From an uncultured Chloroflexia bacterium (GTDB taxonomy: Bacteria; Chloroflexota; Ktedonobacteria; Ktedonobacterales; JADMIN01): a DNA stretch of 64,000 bases. The position numbers and the translations under genes are program-made. Of the stretch, positions 28,303 through 39,153 are shown piece after piece. The stretch lies in contig CAWJCH010000015.1 in NCBI GenBank assembly GCA_963841205.1, forward strand, positions 400,958-464,957, read 5' to 3'. Position 1 is the first letter of the stretch. Each line of letters starts with the position of its first letter. The notes under the pieces are model-generated. The model made no database searches, had not been told where the DNA came from, and was given only the letters and a program-made list of their open reading frames with translations.

Positions 28303-29412
28303 GTGGGTGAGGCTGTGACGACGGAGCAATCCCCGGCATCCCGCGATCAACTAAACGTCGCGTTGATCGGTTATGGTCTGGCGGGGAGCGTCTTCCACGC
28401 CCCTCTGATAGCCTCGACGCCCGGTCTGCGGGTCGCGGCCATCGTCACGTCGAATCCAGAGCGGCAGGCCCAGGCGGCGCGGGATTTCCCCGACGCCGCT
28501 ATCCTTCCCAACGCCGAGGTCGTCTGGGCCGACGCGAAAAGCTACGATCTAGCGGTTATCGCGACGGTCAATCGTGCCCACGTGCCGCAAGCGGTCGCCT
28601 CGCTCGAAGCGGGTCTGCCGGTGGTGGTAGATAAGCCCGTGGCGGCGTCCGTAGCGCAGGCGGAGTCGATTCTCGCGGCCAGCCGGCGCACGGGCAAGCT
28701 CTTCACCGTCTTCCAGAACCGTCGTTGGGACAACGATTTCCTCACGTTGCGGAAACTGCTCGACGGAGACCTTCTCGGGCGCATCACGCGCTTCGAGTCG
28801 CGATACGAGCGCTGGCGTCCCGTGCCGCGCGCCGACGCGTGGCGCGAGCGCGGCAATCCCGAGGAGGGCGGCGGGCTGCTCCTCGATCTCGGCAGCCACG
28901 TCGTCGATCAGTCGATGCAGCTCTTCGGCCTGCCAAGTGAAGTGTACGCCGAGGTGGAGAAGCGTCGCGACGGCGTCGCCGTGGATGACGACACCTTCAT
29001 CGCGCTGCACTTCCCTGGCGGCGTGCGCGCGCACCTTTGGGTCAGCGCGGTGGCCCCGCTGTTGGGGCCGCGCTTCCGCGTGCTCGGCTTGAACGGCGCC
29101 TACGAGAAGTACGGCATCGATCCGCAGGAAGACGTGCTGCGCGTCGGCGGGCGACCTGGCGATGAAGGTTGGGGCATCGAGCCGAGCAGCCTCCGCGGTC
29201 GTCTCCTCACCGAGGTGCAGGGCGTCCACATCGACGGCCAGGTCGAGACGCTGCCCGGCGCGTACGAGCAGTTCTATGCGCAGCTTCGTGACGCACTGCT
29301 CCACGGCGGGGCGCCGCCTGTCGCCCCCGAAGACTCAATCAACGCCCTCCGCGTGATCGAGGCCGCCCGCCGGAGCGCTGACAGTCGTACAGTCGTGTCG
29401 CTCTCCTGGTAG
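28303..29412 (+). CDS. Gfo/Idh/MocA oxidoreductase (IolW/YdgJ-like)
   Basis: GYGLAG..FHAP, VVDKP, FQNRRWD, DLGSH. Confidence 0.9.
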   Translation: MGEAVTTEQSPASRDQLNVALIGYGLAGSVFHAPLIASTPGLRVAAIVTSNPERQAQAARDFPDAAILPNAEVVWADAKSYDLAVIATVNRAHVPQAVASLEAGLPVVVDKPVAASVAQAESILAASRRTGKLFTVFQNRRWDNDFLTLRKLLDGDLLGRITRFESRYERWRPVPRADAWRERGNPEEGGGLLLDLGSHVVDQSMQLFGLPSEVYAEVEKRRDGVAVDDDTFIALHFPGGVRAHLWVSAVAPLLGPRFRVLGLNGAYEKYGIDPQEDVLRVGGRPGDEGWGIEPSSLRGRLLTEVQGVHIDGQVETLPGAYEQFYAQLRDALLHGGAPPVAPEDSINALRVIEAARRSADSRTVVSLSW

Positions 29413-29802
29413 CAGTCGGCCCCAGCGGTCAACCTACCGCGGGGTTCGCCGCGCTGTCGGGCCGTTGGCGCTTCGCCAGCTGGACAATTAAGCGGTCCGT
29501 GCGCAGCAAGGAAAGCGGCACAGGCACGCCAGAACCATCGCTTCGCCTATATTGGGCGCGTCTCGACTGGCCGGCTTCGCAGTCGTGACGATGCGGCTAC
29601 CGAGGTTGGCGGCGGTGTCGCAGAGCGACAATCGGCCCACGGCTGTCGAGACAAACGCCGCGCAGCAGCTCCTATGTTGGCGAAAATCGCGAATCGGCGC
29701 CTGGCACAGAACCTGCATTTCCCTAATCATCATCTCGTCGCTATGATGAGATGGATTCGAGAGCCGGCGCAAGCGCGCCGTTCTCCGAAGGAGGGAGTCT
29801 GC

Positions 29803-30075
29803 ATGGTTGGCACTTTCATCGTGTGGATCATCGTCGGCGCGATCGGTGGATGGCTGGCGAGCCTCGTCGTGCATGGCAGCGGACTCGGTCTCGGCGGCGA
29901 TATCGTCGTGGGCATCATCGGTGGCATCATCGGCGGGCTGATCGTTTCCGCCCTTGGTGGTACCGGTGTCTCCGGATTGAACATCTGGAGCATCGTCGTC
30001 GCCTTTATAGGCGCCGTCATCCTTCTGCTCCTCGTGCGGGCATTCACCGGCGGGCGAACCCGTTCAACGCTCTAG
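29803..30075 (+). CDS. GlsB/YeaQ/YmgE family stress-response membrane protein
   Basis: WIIVGAIGGWLAS...IVVGIIGGIIGG...AFIGAVILL. RBS upstream. Confidence 0.9.
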   Translation: MVGTFIVWIIVGAIGGWLASLVVHGSGLGLGGDIVVGIIGGIIGGLIVSALGGTGVSGLNIWSIVVAFIGAVILLLLVRAFTGGRTRSTL

Positions 30076-30110
30076 CACACCGTGAATGACACAGTCCACT
30101 GACATTCACA

Positions 30111-30147
30111 CGCGCCGCCGAGGTTCTCCCCCGGCGGCGCGCCTTTT
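30111..30147 (+). terminator. Probable intrinsic terminator
   Basis: CGCGCCGCCG / CGGCGGCGCG stem followed by CCTTTT. Confidence 0.6.
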
Positions 30148-30578
30148 GGCAATCGGCAACTCTCCTACTCCCTCGATCATCACTTTTTTCCCGACAGCGC
30201 ACATGAGAAAACTGTTACCAACGACACTGAACATCGCGCCATTTTCGCGCTACGATATCCGCAGAGAGGTCGAACAGACGACCGATCGGGACTCTCCGGC
30301 TCCTCCATCTTCCAGTGGAAGGATACGGTGTCGACCCGATAATCGGGGCAGCTGGAGGTGTGGCGGGCAGCGAGGCGCGTCCATGCATCGGCATCGCAAC
30401 TTTGTGAAATATGGTTCGTATTCCCATTGGGAGCGCGCATCCGCGATCGCCAGGTGATCGCGCAGGTGCTCCTGGCGGACCGGCCCTTCCGAGCTCTCGC
30501 GACACCGCGACGCAATGTCCGGAGAAGTTGCGAGTAGGCAGGGAATACGACAGCCGGAGCGCGAGAAGGAGGCCCAAG

Positions 30579-31304
30579 GTGGTGGGAGCAGGCGGAGCCG
30601 CTGCCGTCGCTGGCAATGCCGCGGGAAGCGCGGTGGGCACACAAGCAGCATCCCAGGCCGGAACACCAATCCGATCTGCCGAGATGATCGAAGATATCAA
30701 CCTCGTCCGGCGCACCCTCGGCGGCGATCAGCAAGCGTTTGCCGGCCTCGTCGAGAAGTATAAGGACTCCGTCTTCAACGTCGCATACCGCATGCTCGGC
30801 AACGCGAGCGAGGCGGAGGACGTCGCCCAAGAGGCGTTCGTCCGCGCCTACACGCAGCTTCACACGTATAAAGATTCGCATCGCTTCAGCACATGGCTGC
30901 TCTCGATCGCGTCGCACCTCTCCATCGATCAACTGCGTCGCAGGCGTTTTCTGGCGCTTCCATTGGAGAATGTGCCCTTTCTCGAATGGATCGCCGATCT
31001 GAGCCTGGGCCCGGAAGAGTCCGCCCTTGCCGGCGAGACCTCGGACGAGATGCAGAAGGTCTTGGCCCTCTTGCCGACCAAGTATCGTGCCGTGCTCGTG
31101 CTGCGCTACTGGCACGACCTCTCGTATGAAGAGATCGCCGAGGTGCTGCATCTGACTCCGCCCCTCGTGAAGGCGCGGCTGCATCGCGCCCGCGAGCTCG
31201 TCGCGCGCCAGATGAAAGCGAGCGGCCTGGAGTTTCGCCTAGGGCGCGACGAGACGCCGGACGAGGCCGCGAACGGAGGACGACGCGTTGAGGCTGCCCG
31301 ATAG
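30579..31304 (+). CDS. ECF sigma-70 factor (SigW-like)
   Basis: AEDVAQEAF, FSTWL, LSYEEIAEVL..VKARLHRAR. AGGAGG RBS before GTG 30579; start uncertain. Confidence 0.9.
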   Translation: MVGAGGAAAVAGNAAGSAVGTQAASQAGTPIRSAEMIEDINLVRRTLGGDQQAFAGLVEKYKDSVFNVAYRMLGNASEAEDVAQEAFVRAYTQLHTYKDSHRFSTWLLSIASHLSIDQLRRRRFLALPLENVPFLEWIADLSLGPEESALAGETSDEMQKVLALLPTKYRAVLVLRYWHDLSYEEIAEVLHLTPPLVKARLHRARELVARQMKASGLEFRLGRDETPDEAANGGRRVEAAR

Positions 31305-31914
31305 GCTCCCGGCCAGACTAAACATGCTCGCCAGCGATCTCACGCGTGCAGTGGATGAGACCTCAAGGCATGCTCGCGTCTGGACGGAGCGCGCGGGCGC
31401 TCGTGTGAAGCGTTCGACTTTCGTCGCGGGGCACGCGGATTGGGTGCATGAAACGCCGATCGAGCGAAAGGATGAAGAGATCTGGCGCACAGAGTCCGGC
31501 CTCAACATGCCCCAACTTGCCCACACCTCTGCACCCCACGATTTCACCTCCGGGGTGATGGCGCGCATCGCGGCGCAGCAGGCGCCCAGGCTGGCCAGCA
31601 CCATCACGTTCTCAGGACCCGCCGTAGAGCCGATCCGTATGCTCGCCGGAACGGTTTGCATCTCCGCGATGATCGCGCTCGCCTCTAGCTGCATCCTGGC
31701 GATACTCGCTCCCAGCCAGGCGCTCGCACTCATAGGATGGGTGATCGGCGCCGGCATGATTGTCCTGCTCGCGCTCCGGGAGATCCTCAGTCTCGTCACC
31801 AGCCTCCTCGCCAGTTCAGGCGCACTCTTCATCCTCGGTACACTCGTGGTGCTCACCCTGATGACGGTGCTTCGACTCGCGCGGAGTGAAGACCACATCA
31901 TCCACGAGGCATAG
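31288..31914 (+). CDS. Putative membrane anti-sigma factor
   Basis: Overlaps the sigma stop. APHDFTSGVMARI motif followed by TM helices. Confidence 0.55.
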   Translation: MRLPDRLPARLNMLASDLTRAVDETSRHARVWTERAGARVKRSTFVAGHADWVHETPIERKDEEIWRTESGLNMPQLAHTSAPHDFTSGVMARIAAQQAPRLASTITFSGPAVEPIRMLAGTVCISAMIALASSCILAILAPSQALALIGWVIGAGMIVLLALREILSLVTSLLASSGALFILGTLVVLTLMTVLRLARSEDHIIHEA

Positions 31915-31940
31915 CCACGAGGCATAGCCACGAGGCATAG
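31902..31940 (+). repeat. Tandem repeat CCACGAGGCATAG x3
   Basis: Three exact 13-bp units spanning the stop codon. Confidence 0.95.
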
Positions 31941-32193
31941 CGCGGAAGTGAAACAGCTGCCGCCGCGTATGTGGAATGCTCCCCCGTCAGGCGATCCCGC
32001 CGAACGATCTCCTCAACGTCTTCCTCGACGTGCCCAACCGTTACCCATCCGTTAGTCTTGCACGGGCGTGAGGCCGGCACCCATATGTTACAATGCCGGC
32101 ATCGCGAGGGAGCATATGTTCGGGTGCGGTTGGGTTCCGGCGGGGATGGTGCTTCACGCACGCAGCCATGAATGATCGCGTCGTCCGGGATAT

Positions 32194-33699
32194 GTGGTAG
32201 CAACGAAGGCAGTGGGGCCAGCGGCTATGAACTCGCAATCGGCGGAGTATGAGGACCCATTTGAAGGGTCGGTGTCTGGCGTAGGCCAAGAGACGATCAG
32301 TTTCCAGGCGCAAGAGGTGCTTGGGCCCGTCATCGAGCTCGAACTCGCCGATCTCGCCTATGGCGGCGATGCCGTGGGGCGCTATCAAGGGCGCGCCGTC
32401 TTCGTGTCGGGTGGGCTGCCCGGCGAGGTGGTCCGCGCCCGGTTGACGCGCGAGCGCAGCAACTATGCCCGTGCCATGCTGGTCGAGGTGCTGCGCGCAT
32501 CTCCCGATCGCGTCGCCCCTCCACACCCCGAGATGGCCGAATCCGGGGGCTTCCAATGGCAGCACCTCGCCTATCCAGCGCAGGTATATTGGAAAACACG
32601 CATTGTGCGGCAGTTACTGATGCGCGTGGGCCACTTCGCCAACCCGCCGGTCTTGCAGACGCTCGGCATGCCCGCCGGTACGGATCCGTGGCGCTACCGC
32701 ACCGTGGCACAGTTTGCTGTCGGCCAGGATGGCGCGATCGGCTTTCGGCGCAGTGGCAGCCATGACGTGCTTGACATGCCCGAGTGTCCGCTGGTCCACC
32801 CCGCGCTCGACGCGCTCTTCCAGGATGTGCGTGCCTGGATGCAGGACACCTGGGGTGAAGACATCATCCAGTATGCCGAGCGATTCACCCTCCGTGTGGC
32901 CGCTGGCGCCTCTGGATTGCACGCCCCCGCGTATGATGCCGAATTCGGGCTGACCCAACCAGCGGCCGGCCTGATCGCCATCGAGACGCGACCGGGCGGA
33001 GCCATCGACGCCGCCGGCGGTCCCTACGCGCTCGGCGAAGCACTGCTCGAAGCCGTGCCCGGGCTCGTCGGCGTCGTCATACTCGGCCTCCCGGGCGGGC
33101 GCGGGCGCGTGGTCGTGGGCCAAGATTGCGTCTATGAGCAGGTGCTCGACAGGACGTTTCGCATCTCGGCGGGCTCGTTCTTCCAGGTCAACGCCGTGCA
33201 GACGCCCGTGTTGGTGCAACAGGCGCTCTCCGCGCTGCGTCCCCGACGCGGCGATTGGGCAGTTGATGGCTACAGCGGCGTGGGGCTCTTCTCGTTTTTC
33301 CTCGCCGACCACGTCTCGCACGTCCACGCCATCGAGTCGCAGCCGAGCGCGGTGGCCGACGCGCGAGCCAGTGCCGGACTCAACGGCATCGGCAACGTCA
33401 CCGCGACGGAAGGCGTGCTAGAACGCGTGCTGGGCGCGCTACGCCGGCAGAACGAGCGGGTGGACATCGTGCTTGTCGATCCGCCGCGCGCCGGCTGCCA
33501 TCCTCGCGCACTGAGCGAGATCAAAGCGCTCGCGCCGCGTTCGCTCGTCTACGTCTCATGCGACCCCTCCACGCTCGCCCGCGATCTGCACCTCTTCTGC
33601 AATGACGGCTATCGGCTCGTGCAGGTGCAGCCGGTCGACATGTTCCCCTTCACCTCGCACATCGAATGCGTGGCGCTCTGCGAGCGCGTCCGCTATTGA
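32194..33699 (+). CDS. rlmD: TRAM-domain RNA (uracil-5)-methyltransferase, RlmD/RlmCD-like
   Basis: TRAM domain, FFQVN, VDPPRAG, YVSCDPSTLARD, DMFPFTSHIE. Confidence 0.85.
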   Translation: MVATKAVGPAAMNSQSAEYEDPFEGSVSGVGQETISFQAQEVLGPVIELELADLAYGGDAVGRYQGRAVFVSGGLPGEVVRARLTRERSNYARAMLVEVLRASPDRVAPPHPEMAESGGFQWQHLAYPAQVYWKTRIVRQLLMRVGHFANPPVLQTLGMPAGTDPWRYRTVAQFAVGQDGAIGFRRSGSHDVLDMPECPLVHPALDALFQDVRAWMQDTWGEDIIQYAERFTLRVAAGASGLHAPAYDAEFGLTQPAAGLIAIETRPGGAIDAAGGPYALGEALLEAVPGLVGVVILGLPGGRGRVVVGQDCVYEQVLDRTFRISAGSFFQVNAVQTPVLVQQALSALRPRRGDWAVDGYSGVGLFSFFLADHVSHVHAIESQPSAVADARASAGLNGIGNVTATEGVLERVLGALRRQNERVDIVLVDPPRAGCHPRALSEIKALAPRSLVYVSCDPSTLARDLHLFCNDGYRLVQVQPVDMFPFTSHIECVALCERVRY

Positions 33700-35013
33700 C
33701 ACTCCCCACGCCTAAAGGCGGGGGATTCTCGGTTCTGCGTGGGAGCCACTGCCACCCACTCCCCGAAGGGCCTGCCCGGCCCATTCTATGTTCCTCGCGC
33801 TGTTGTGGTCCCGGTGCAGGCTCGTCCCGCAGCCCGGGCAGGAATGCCAACGGACGGACATGCCTTTCTGGACCAGCGCGCCACAGCCAGAGCATATCTG
33901 GCTGGTATAGGCAGGCGGCACGGCTACGACCCGCTTCCCGGCACACGCTGCCTTGAAAGCGAGAATGGTCAGGAACTGCGACCACCCAGCGTCCGCGATG
34001 GACTTAGCGAGATGGTGATTCTTGAGCATGTTGGTCGTCTGCAAATCCTCATGGTAGATGGTGTCGTAGCACCGGACCAGTGCCAGCGCGGTCTTGTGGT
34101 GGAAGTCTTGGCGCTGTCGCCGCACCTGCTGATGCGCTCTGGCGAGCAACTGTACCGCTTTGCGCCGGCGATTGCTCCCCGTCTTCCGCCGCGAGACGTG
34201 CCGCTGCACCTTCTTGAACTTGCGTTCTGCTTTGCGATAGTGGCGCGGGTTGGCAAGGCGCGTCCCATCGGCCAGGGCGGCAAACGCCTCCAGTCCGAGG
34301 TCTATGCCGGTCTCTCGGCCCGTCGCAGGGAGCGACTTAATCGGCACGTCGGCACGTCGGCACAGGAGAAGCACACGTGCCAGCCATCCGCCTCTCGACT
34401 GACCGTGACCGTCTTGGGTGTGCCTTCGATGGGGCGCGACCAGCGGATTTCGATGCGTCCAATCTTGGAGAGCACCAGGAGGCCGTTGTCCAATCGTGCG
34501 CCGCCATGCTCGCCCACCTGGGGACAGGTGAAGCTATTATAGCGGTTGCGGCCTTGGAAACGTGGGTAGCCGGGCGTTTCACCATTGCGCCGCGCGGCGG
34601 AAGAACGCTTGATATGCGCGGTCAACACGCAGCAGCACATCCTGCACTACCTGTGCGTTGACCTCGGCATACTCAGGAAAGGCGGCTTTCAAGTCGGGCA
34701 ACTCGGCCTTCTGTTGGTAGTAGCTGGCACTGATGCCTTGGCCGCGCCCCCACCAGGTGCGGCGCTGTTCCAGAGCGGTATTGTAGAGCACGCGCCACCG
34801 CCACAAGACCGCTTCCAACGCCTGCGTTTGTGTGGACGTTGGCTTCAGCTTATACTTGTAGGTTTTGTGGATCACGCCGGAGTACGTTTCCATACCTTAC
34901 CATTCTGCCTGATAGGTGAGAAACCGGCAACTATCGGTACGAGTCGTGGCCCTGGCGGGCTACCCGGCTTTCATCCCCATAGCTGAAGCCACGGGGCCTC
35001 AGTCGGTTTTCCG
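33696..35013 (-). mobile_element. IS200/IS605 (IS1341-type) element carrying tnpB only
   Basis: Subterminal hairpins at 34975-34996 and 33704-33724. Right end finishes in TCAA on the minus strand. Confidence 0.88.
33712..34893 (-). pseudogene. tnpB: TnpB RNA-guided endonuclease pseudogene
   Basis: KTYKYKLKP, GYPRF, GIDLGL, HEDL, TSQICSGCG...CGTSLHRDHNSARNI. Frameshifts near 34590 and at an 8-bp duplication (34341-34356). Confidence 0.9.
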
Positions 35014-35187
35014 CTAGCGCTCACCTCACACGTCGGCACGCTTGCGGCGATCTCGCATCATCGCTCGCGTACGCAAACATCCCTCGCTGCCTTCAATCAG
35101 AGTATGCTATGCTGGCGGCCAAAGACGGTTCAGCTTACCACCCGTGACGAGTCGCGCGGTGGACATCTCGCTCTTCGGAGGCATGCA

Positions 35188-36042
35188 ATGGACGTCACGA
35201 TAGATGGTGTGCGCGTCTTCTATGTTCCAGTCGGCTCACCTGAGCGCCATCCGTTGATCGTGCTGCACGGCGGCCCGGGCCTCGACCACACCGAGATGCA
35301 CCCGTGGATGGACGCGCTGGCCGACACCTTCTACCTCATCTACGTCGATCAGCGCGGGCAGGGGCGCTCGGAGCGGGTCGACCCCGCAACCCTCACGCTT
35401 GGCCGGTTCGCGGAGGACGTGACGAAGCTGGCGAACGCGCTCGGCTTCGACCGATACGCCGTGCTTGGCCACTCGTTCGGCTCATTCGTCGCCCTCGCGC
35501 ACGCCATCGAGCAACGCGGAGCGACGCATTACCTCTTCTCGGGCTGCACCGCCAGCTTCACCAAGACGATGCCCGAGATACAGGCGAATCTCGCCGCCTT
35601 CGAGCCGGTGGAGCTGCGCGACGACGTCACCCGCTCGTGGGCGCTGGAGCCGAGCGTGCGCACCCAAGAAGAGTTCGCCGAGTTGATGCGGCTTCAGATG
35701 CCGTTTCACTTCGCGACGACCACTAGTGATGCGTACCAGCGCTATCTCGCGAGCGAGCACAACACAGTCTATTCGCCCGAGGTGCTGGCCTATTTCTCCG
35801 AGCATGAATACGCCATCGAATACGAGGATCAACTGCGCGACATCGCCAAGCCGTGCCTCATCATGACAGGACAATACGACCGCACCTGCACCCCGCGCGC
35901 CGCCCGCGATCTCCACGCCGGCATACCCGACAGCGAGCTCGTCATCTTCCCCAACGCCGGCCACCAGACCTACATAGAGCAGCCAGGGATGTACTTCACC
36001 GCCGTGCGCGACTTCTTCACGCGACACCCTGCCACGACCTAG
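35188..36042 (+). CDS. Alpha/beta hydrolase (proline iminopeptidase-like)
   Basis: HGGPG, DQRGQGRS, GHSFG, catalytic Asp and His (AGH). Confidence 0.88.
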   Translation: MDVTIDGVRVFYVPVGSPERHPLIVLHGGPGLDHTEMHPWMDALADTFYLIYVDQRGQGRSERVDPATLTLGRFAEDVTKLANALGFDRYAVLGHSFGSFVALAHAIEQRGATHYLFSGCTASFTKTMPEIQANLAAFEPVELRDDVTRSWALEPSVRTQEEFAELMRLQMPFHFATTTSDAYQRYLASEHNTVYSPEVLAYFSEHEYAIEYEDQLRDIAKPCLIMTGQYDRTCTPRAARDLHAGIPDSELVIFPNAGHQTYIEQPGMYFTAVRDFFTRHPATT

Positions 36043-36089
36043 TGCCCTCCGCCCAGCCTACGCCGTGAGAATACGAAAGGCAGCAACGC

Positions 36090-36962
36090 ATGACGTTCTC
36101 GATTGTGGGACGCGATCCCGCCACGGGCGACTTGGGCATCGCCGTCCAGTCGAAGTTCCTCGGCGTCGGCGCGGTGGTGCCCTGGGCGCGTGCCGGCGTC
36201 GGCGCCGTCGCCACACAGTCCTACGCCAACACGAGCTACGGGCCGCGCGGACTCGATCTCCTAACACAGGGCCATGACGCCGACGCGGCATTGCGCGAGC
36301 TGTTGGCGAGCGATGAGAACGCCGCTCAGCGCCAGGTAGGCGTCGTCGACGCCCAAGGCCGCGCGGCAACATACACGGGTTCGGGCTGCCATGCCTGGGC
36401 TGGCGGCCTCGCGGGACCAAACTTCGCCGCGCAGGGCAACATCCTGGTCGGCGAAGCGACGGTGGCGGCGATGGCCGAGACCTTTCAGCGTTCGACCGGG
36501 ACGCTATGGCACCGGCTGATGGAGGCGCTCGCCGCCGGTCAGCGGGCGGGTGGCGACAGTCGCGGTCAGCAGTCCGCCGGGCTGCTGGTAGTGCGAGAGG
36601 GCGGCGGCTACGCCGGCTTCAACGACCGCATGATCGATCTCCGAGTGGACGACGCGCCGCATCCGATCGAGCAGCTCGCACGCATCCTCGATCTGCACGA
36701 GCTGCTCTTCCTCCGCCCGCGCCCCGAAGACCTGCTGCCCATCGACCCGCACATTGCCGTCGAGTTGCAAGGGCTGCTCGCGCGCTCCGGAGACTACCAC
36801 GGACCGCCCACCGGCGACTACGATGAAGCGACCTTCAAAGCACTTGAGGCATACGGTGGCCGCGAGAACCTGGAGGAGCGCCTGATGCACGATCCCGCCG
36901 ACGCGCGGATCGATCCCAAGGTGCTGGCCTATCTCCGTGACCACATTGGAACGCCAGGCTAA
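36090..36962 (+). CDS. DUF1028 (Ntn-hydrolase-like) protein with C-terminal peptidoglycan-binding-like domain
   Basis: MTFSIVGRD, GAVATQS, QGNIL, GGDSRGQQSA, DLRVDD. Confidence 0.9.
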   Translation: MTFSIVGRDPATGDLGIAVQSKFLGVGAVVPWARAGVGAVATQSYANTSYGPRGLDLLTQGHDADAALRELLASDENAAQRQVGVVDAQGRAATYTGSGCHAWAGGLAGPNFAAQGNILVGEATVAAMAETFQRSTGTLWHRLMEALAAGQRAGGDSRGQQSAGLLVVREGGGYAGFNDRMIDLRVDDAPHPIEQLARILDLHELLFLRPRPEDLLPIDPHIAVELQGLLARSGDYHGPPTGDYDEATFKALEAYGGRENLEERLMHDPADARIDPKVLAYLRDHIGTPG

Positions 36963-37007
36963 CCCCGAGCACGAAGTGGGACAGCGCTTACCCTGTGGCA
37001 TGGCCGG

Positions 37008-37214
37008 CGCCGCATTCACCGTGAGGTGCCTCACCCCAAACGTACCCGCCCGTACATAGCCCGAGGTAGAGGGCTTCGTGCCCGTAAGCCCAACCCCTAC
37101 TTGCTGGTCCATGCGGAATCGTGCCTGGTTGTTGCGGGATGCGCGGCGGACTGCAGTCCGCGTCCCCATGCGGCGGCACTTCGGTGCCACGATCCCCTCG
37201 AAGCGACAATAACC
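37008..37214 (+). ncRNA. Candidate structured non-coding RNA, family unknown
   Basis: Multiple stems, including GGCAC-TTCG-GTGCC, in a ~290-bp gap between convergent genes. Confidence 0.35.
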
Positions 37215-37248
37215 CAACGCGACGTGGATTCACCCGCCGTCTGCTCCC

Positions 37249-38055
37249 TTACAGCACTTTGGCGAGGAATGCCTTCGTGCGCTCCTGTCGCGGCGCGCTG
37301 AACATCTCCACCGGCGCCGCCTCCTCAACGATCACGCCGCCGTCCATGAAGATCACCCGATCGGCGACCTCGCGCGCGAAGCCCATCTCGTGCGTGACGA
37401 CCACCATTGTCATGCCCTCTTCGGCGAGTTGGCGCATCACCTTCAGCACCTCGCCCACCAGCTCCGGGTCGAGCGCGGAGGTGGCCTCGTCGAAGAGCAT
37501 CAATTTCGGGTCCATGGCCAGCGCGCGGGCAATCGCGACGCGCTGCTGCTGCCCGCCGGAGAGCCGTGCCGGGTAGGCGTCGGCCTTCGCTTCCAGCCCC
37601 ACCTTCTGCAACAGCGCGCGCGCGCGCGCCTCGGCCTGCTCCCGCGGCTGCCCCTTCACTTGCATCGGCGCCTCCATCACATTTTGCAGCGCCGTCATAT
37701 GCGGGAAGAGGTTGAACCGCTGGAAAACCATGCCGATCTCCGCGCGCAGCCGAGCGATGTTCTTCTCACTGTCCTCCTGAAGCTTGCCGTCGGCCGTCTC
37801 GCGGTAGCCGATAAGTTGGCCCTCGATGAAGATGCGCCCGCTGTTGATCTTCTCGAGATGGTTAATGCAGCGCAGGAACGTCGTCTTGCCCGACCCGCTC
37901 GGCCCGATCACGCAGACTACTTCGCGTCGCTGCACCTGCATCGTGATGCCGCGCAGCACCTCGTTGCGATGAAAGTATTTGTGTACCTCTCGCGCGTCCA
38001 CCATCGGCAGTCCACTGCCTGAATGGGAATCAGTTGTCCGCGGGATTGAGGCCAT
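37249..38055 (-). CDS. Polar amino-acid ABC transporter ATP-binding protein (GlnQ-like)
   Basis: [26 protein letters not shown]. Confidence 0.95.
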   Translation of the reverse strand: MASIPRTTDSHSGSGLPMVDAREVHKYFHRNEVLRGITMQVQRREVVCVIGPSGSGKTTFLRCINHLEKINSGRIFIEGQLIGYRETADGKLQEDSEKNIARLRAEIGMVFQRFNLFPHMTALQNVMEAPMQVKGQPREQAEARARALLQKVGLEAKADAYPARLSGGQQQRVAIARALAMDPKLMLFDEATSALDPELVGEVLKVMRQLAEEGMTMVVVTHEMGFAREVADRVIFMDGGVIVEEAAPVEMFSAPRQERTKAFLAKVL

Positions 38056-38104
38056 TCGGTCCTCCAACACATCACAAATCGCTTCGAGGTACGCAGCTTG
38101 GCGT

Positions 38105-38992
38105 TCACCGATGGTCGGTAATCACCGGAACCGCCACTTCGCCCACAATTCCACCTGATGCGGGACGCCTCAAGCCAAATGTGCGCTGCCACCAGGTGCC
38201 CTCCTCCCTCAGCGCCGGATCAATCGTTGAGGAGTTGAGTTTCCTCTCAATCTGCGCCTGCGCAAGCCCCCACAACGTTGTCAATGCCAAATACCATATG
38301 GCGCCGATAATAGCGAACTCGAGCGGCCTAAACTGCGAGTTTCCAAGATCGTAGGATACCGCGTAGATCTCGAAGACTCCGATGGAATAGGCCAGTGAGG
38401 TGCTCTTGAGCATGCTATTGAACTCATTGCCCAGCGGCGGGACGATGATGCGCAGGGCCTGTGGCAGCACGATTCGTCGCATAGCCAATCCATACGTCAT
38501 GCCTAGCGACCGTGCGGCCTCAAGTTGGCCAACGTCTATCGAATCAATGCCCGCACGGACGATTTCGGACATGTACGCGCCTTCGTTGAGGGCAAGAGCG
38601 ACAAGTGCGACGATAAAGGCATCAAACGGTGACTCAAGTTGGAAACCAAAGTTTTTGAAGAAGTGAATGGCGATAAGGGGTCGTGCCAGTCCGATGTGTG
38701 GCAAAAGAGTGTAGAGAAAGAGAATTTGCACCAGGAGCGGGGTGCCTCGGAAGAACCAGACGTAGAGACCCACAATTCGCCGAAAGATGAAAATGTTCGA
38801 TCGTCGCATGAAATAGAGAAGTAAACCGATGAGAGAGCCGATGCTTTGACCGAAGACCGCCAGGATGACAGTGACGATGGCCCCTTGGAAGAAATAGATG
38901 CTAAACAGGAAATCCCACACGACGCCCCAATTTAGGGTGTTGCCCAGCGTGAAGATGCCTTGAATGAATTGCAGGATAGGATCTAGGAACAT
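38105..38992 (-). CDS. Amino-acid ABC transporter permease
   Basis: [31 protein letters not shown]. Confidence 0.95.
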   Translation of the reverse strand: MFLDPILQFIQGIFTLGNTLNWGVVWDFLFSIYFFQGAIVTVILAVFGQSIGSLIGLLLYFMRRSNIFIFRRIVGLYVWFFRGTPLLVQILFLYTLLPHIGLARPLIAIHFFKNFGFQLESPFDAFIVALVALALNEGAYMSEIVRAGIDSIDVGQLEAARSLGMTYGLAMRRIVLPQALRIIVPPLGNEFNSMLKSTSLAYSIGVFEIYAVSYDLGNSQFRPLEFAIIGAIWYLALTTLWGLAQAQIERKLNSSTIDPALREEGTWWQRTFGLRRPASGGIVGEVAVPVITDHR

Positions 38993-39153
38993 AGAACCTC
39001 ACTGCGACCGGCGGTCGTTCGATGAAAACGCTCATCATCTTCGATGTGTGATGACGGTGTGCGTACGGCAGTGGTCTAACGATACAACTGGACGGCCGAG
39101 ATGCTATTCTCGGCCGTCCAATCAACACTCATCGCGCTCGCGCGAACGTGCTA

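Noticed and set aside
31902-31940. Triple repeats here and at 47478 as possible CRISPR arrays
   Set aside because: Head-to-tail units with no spacers and no cas genes.
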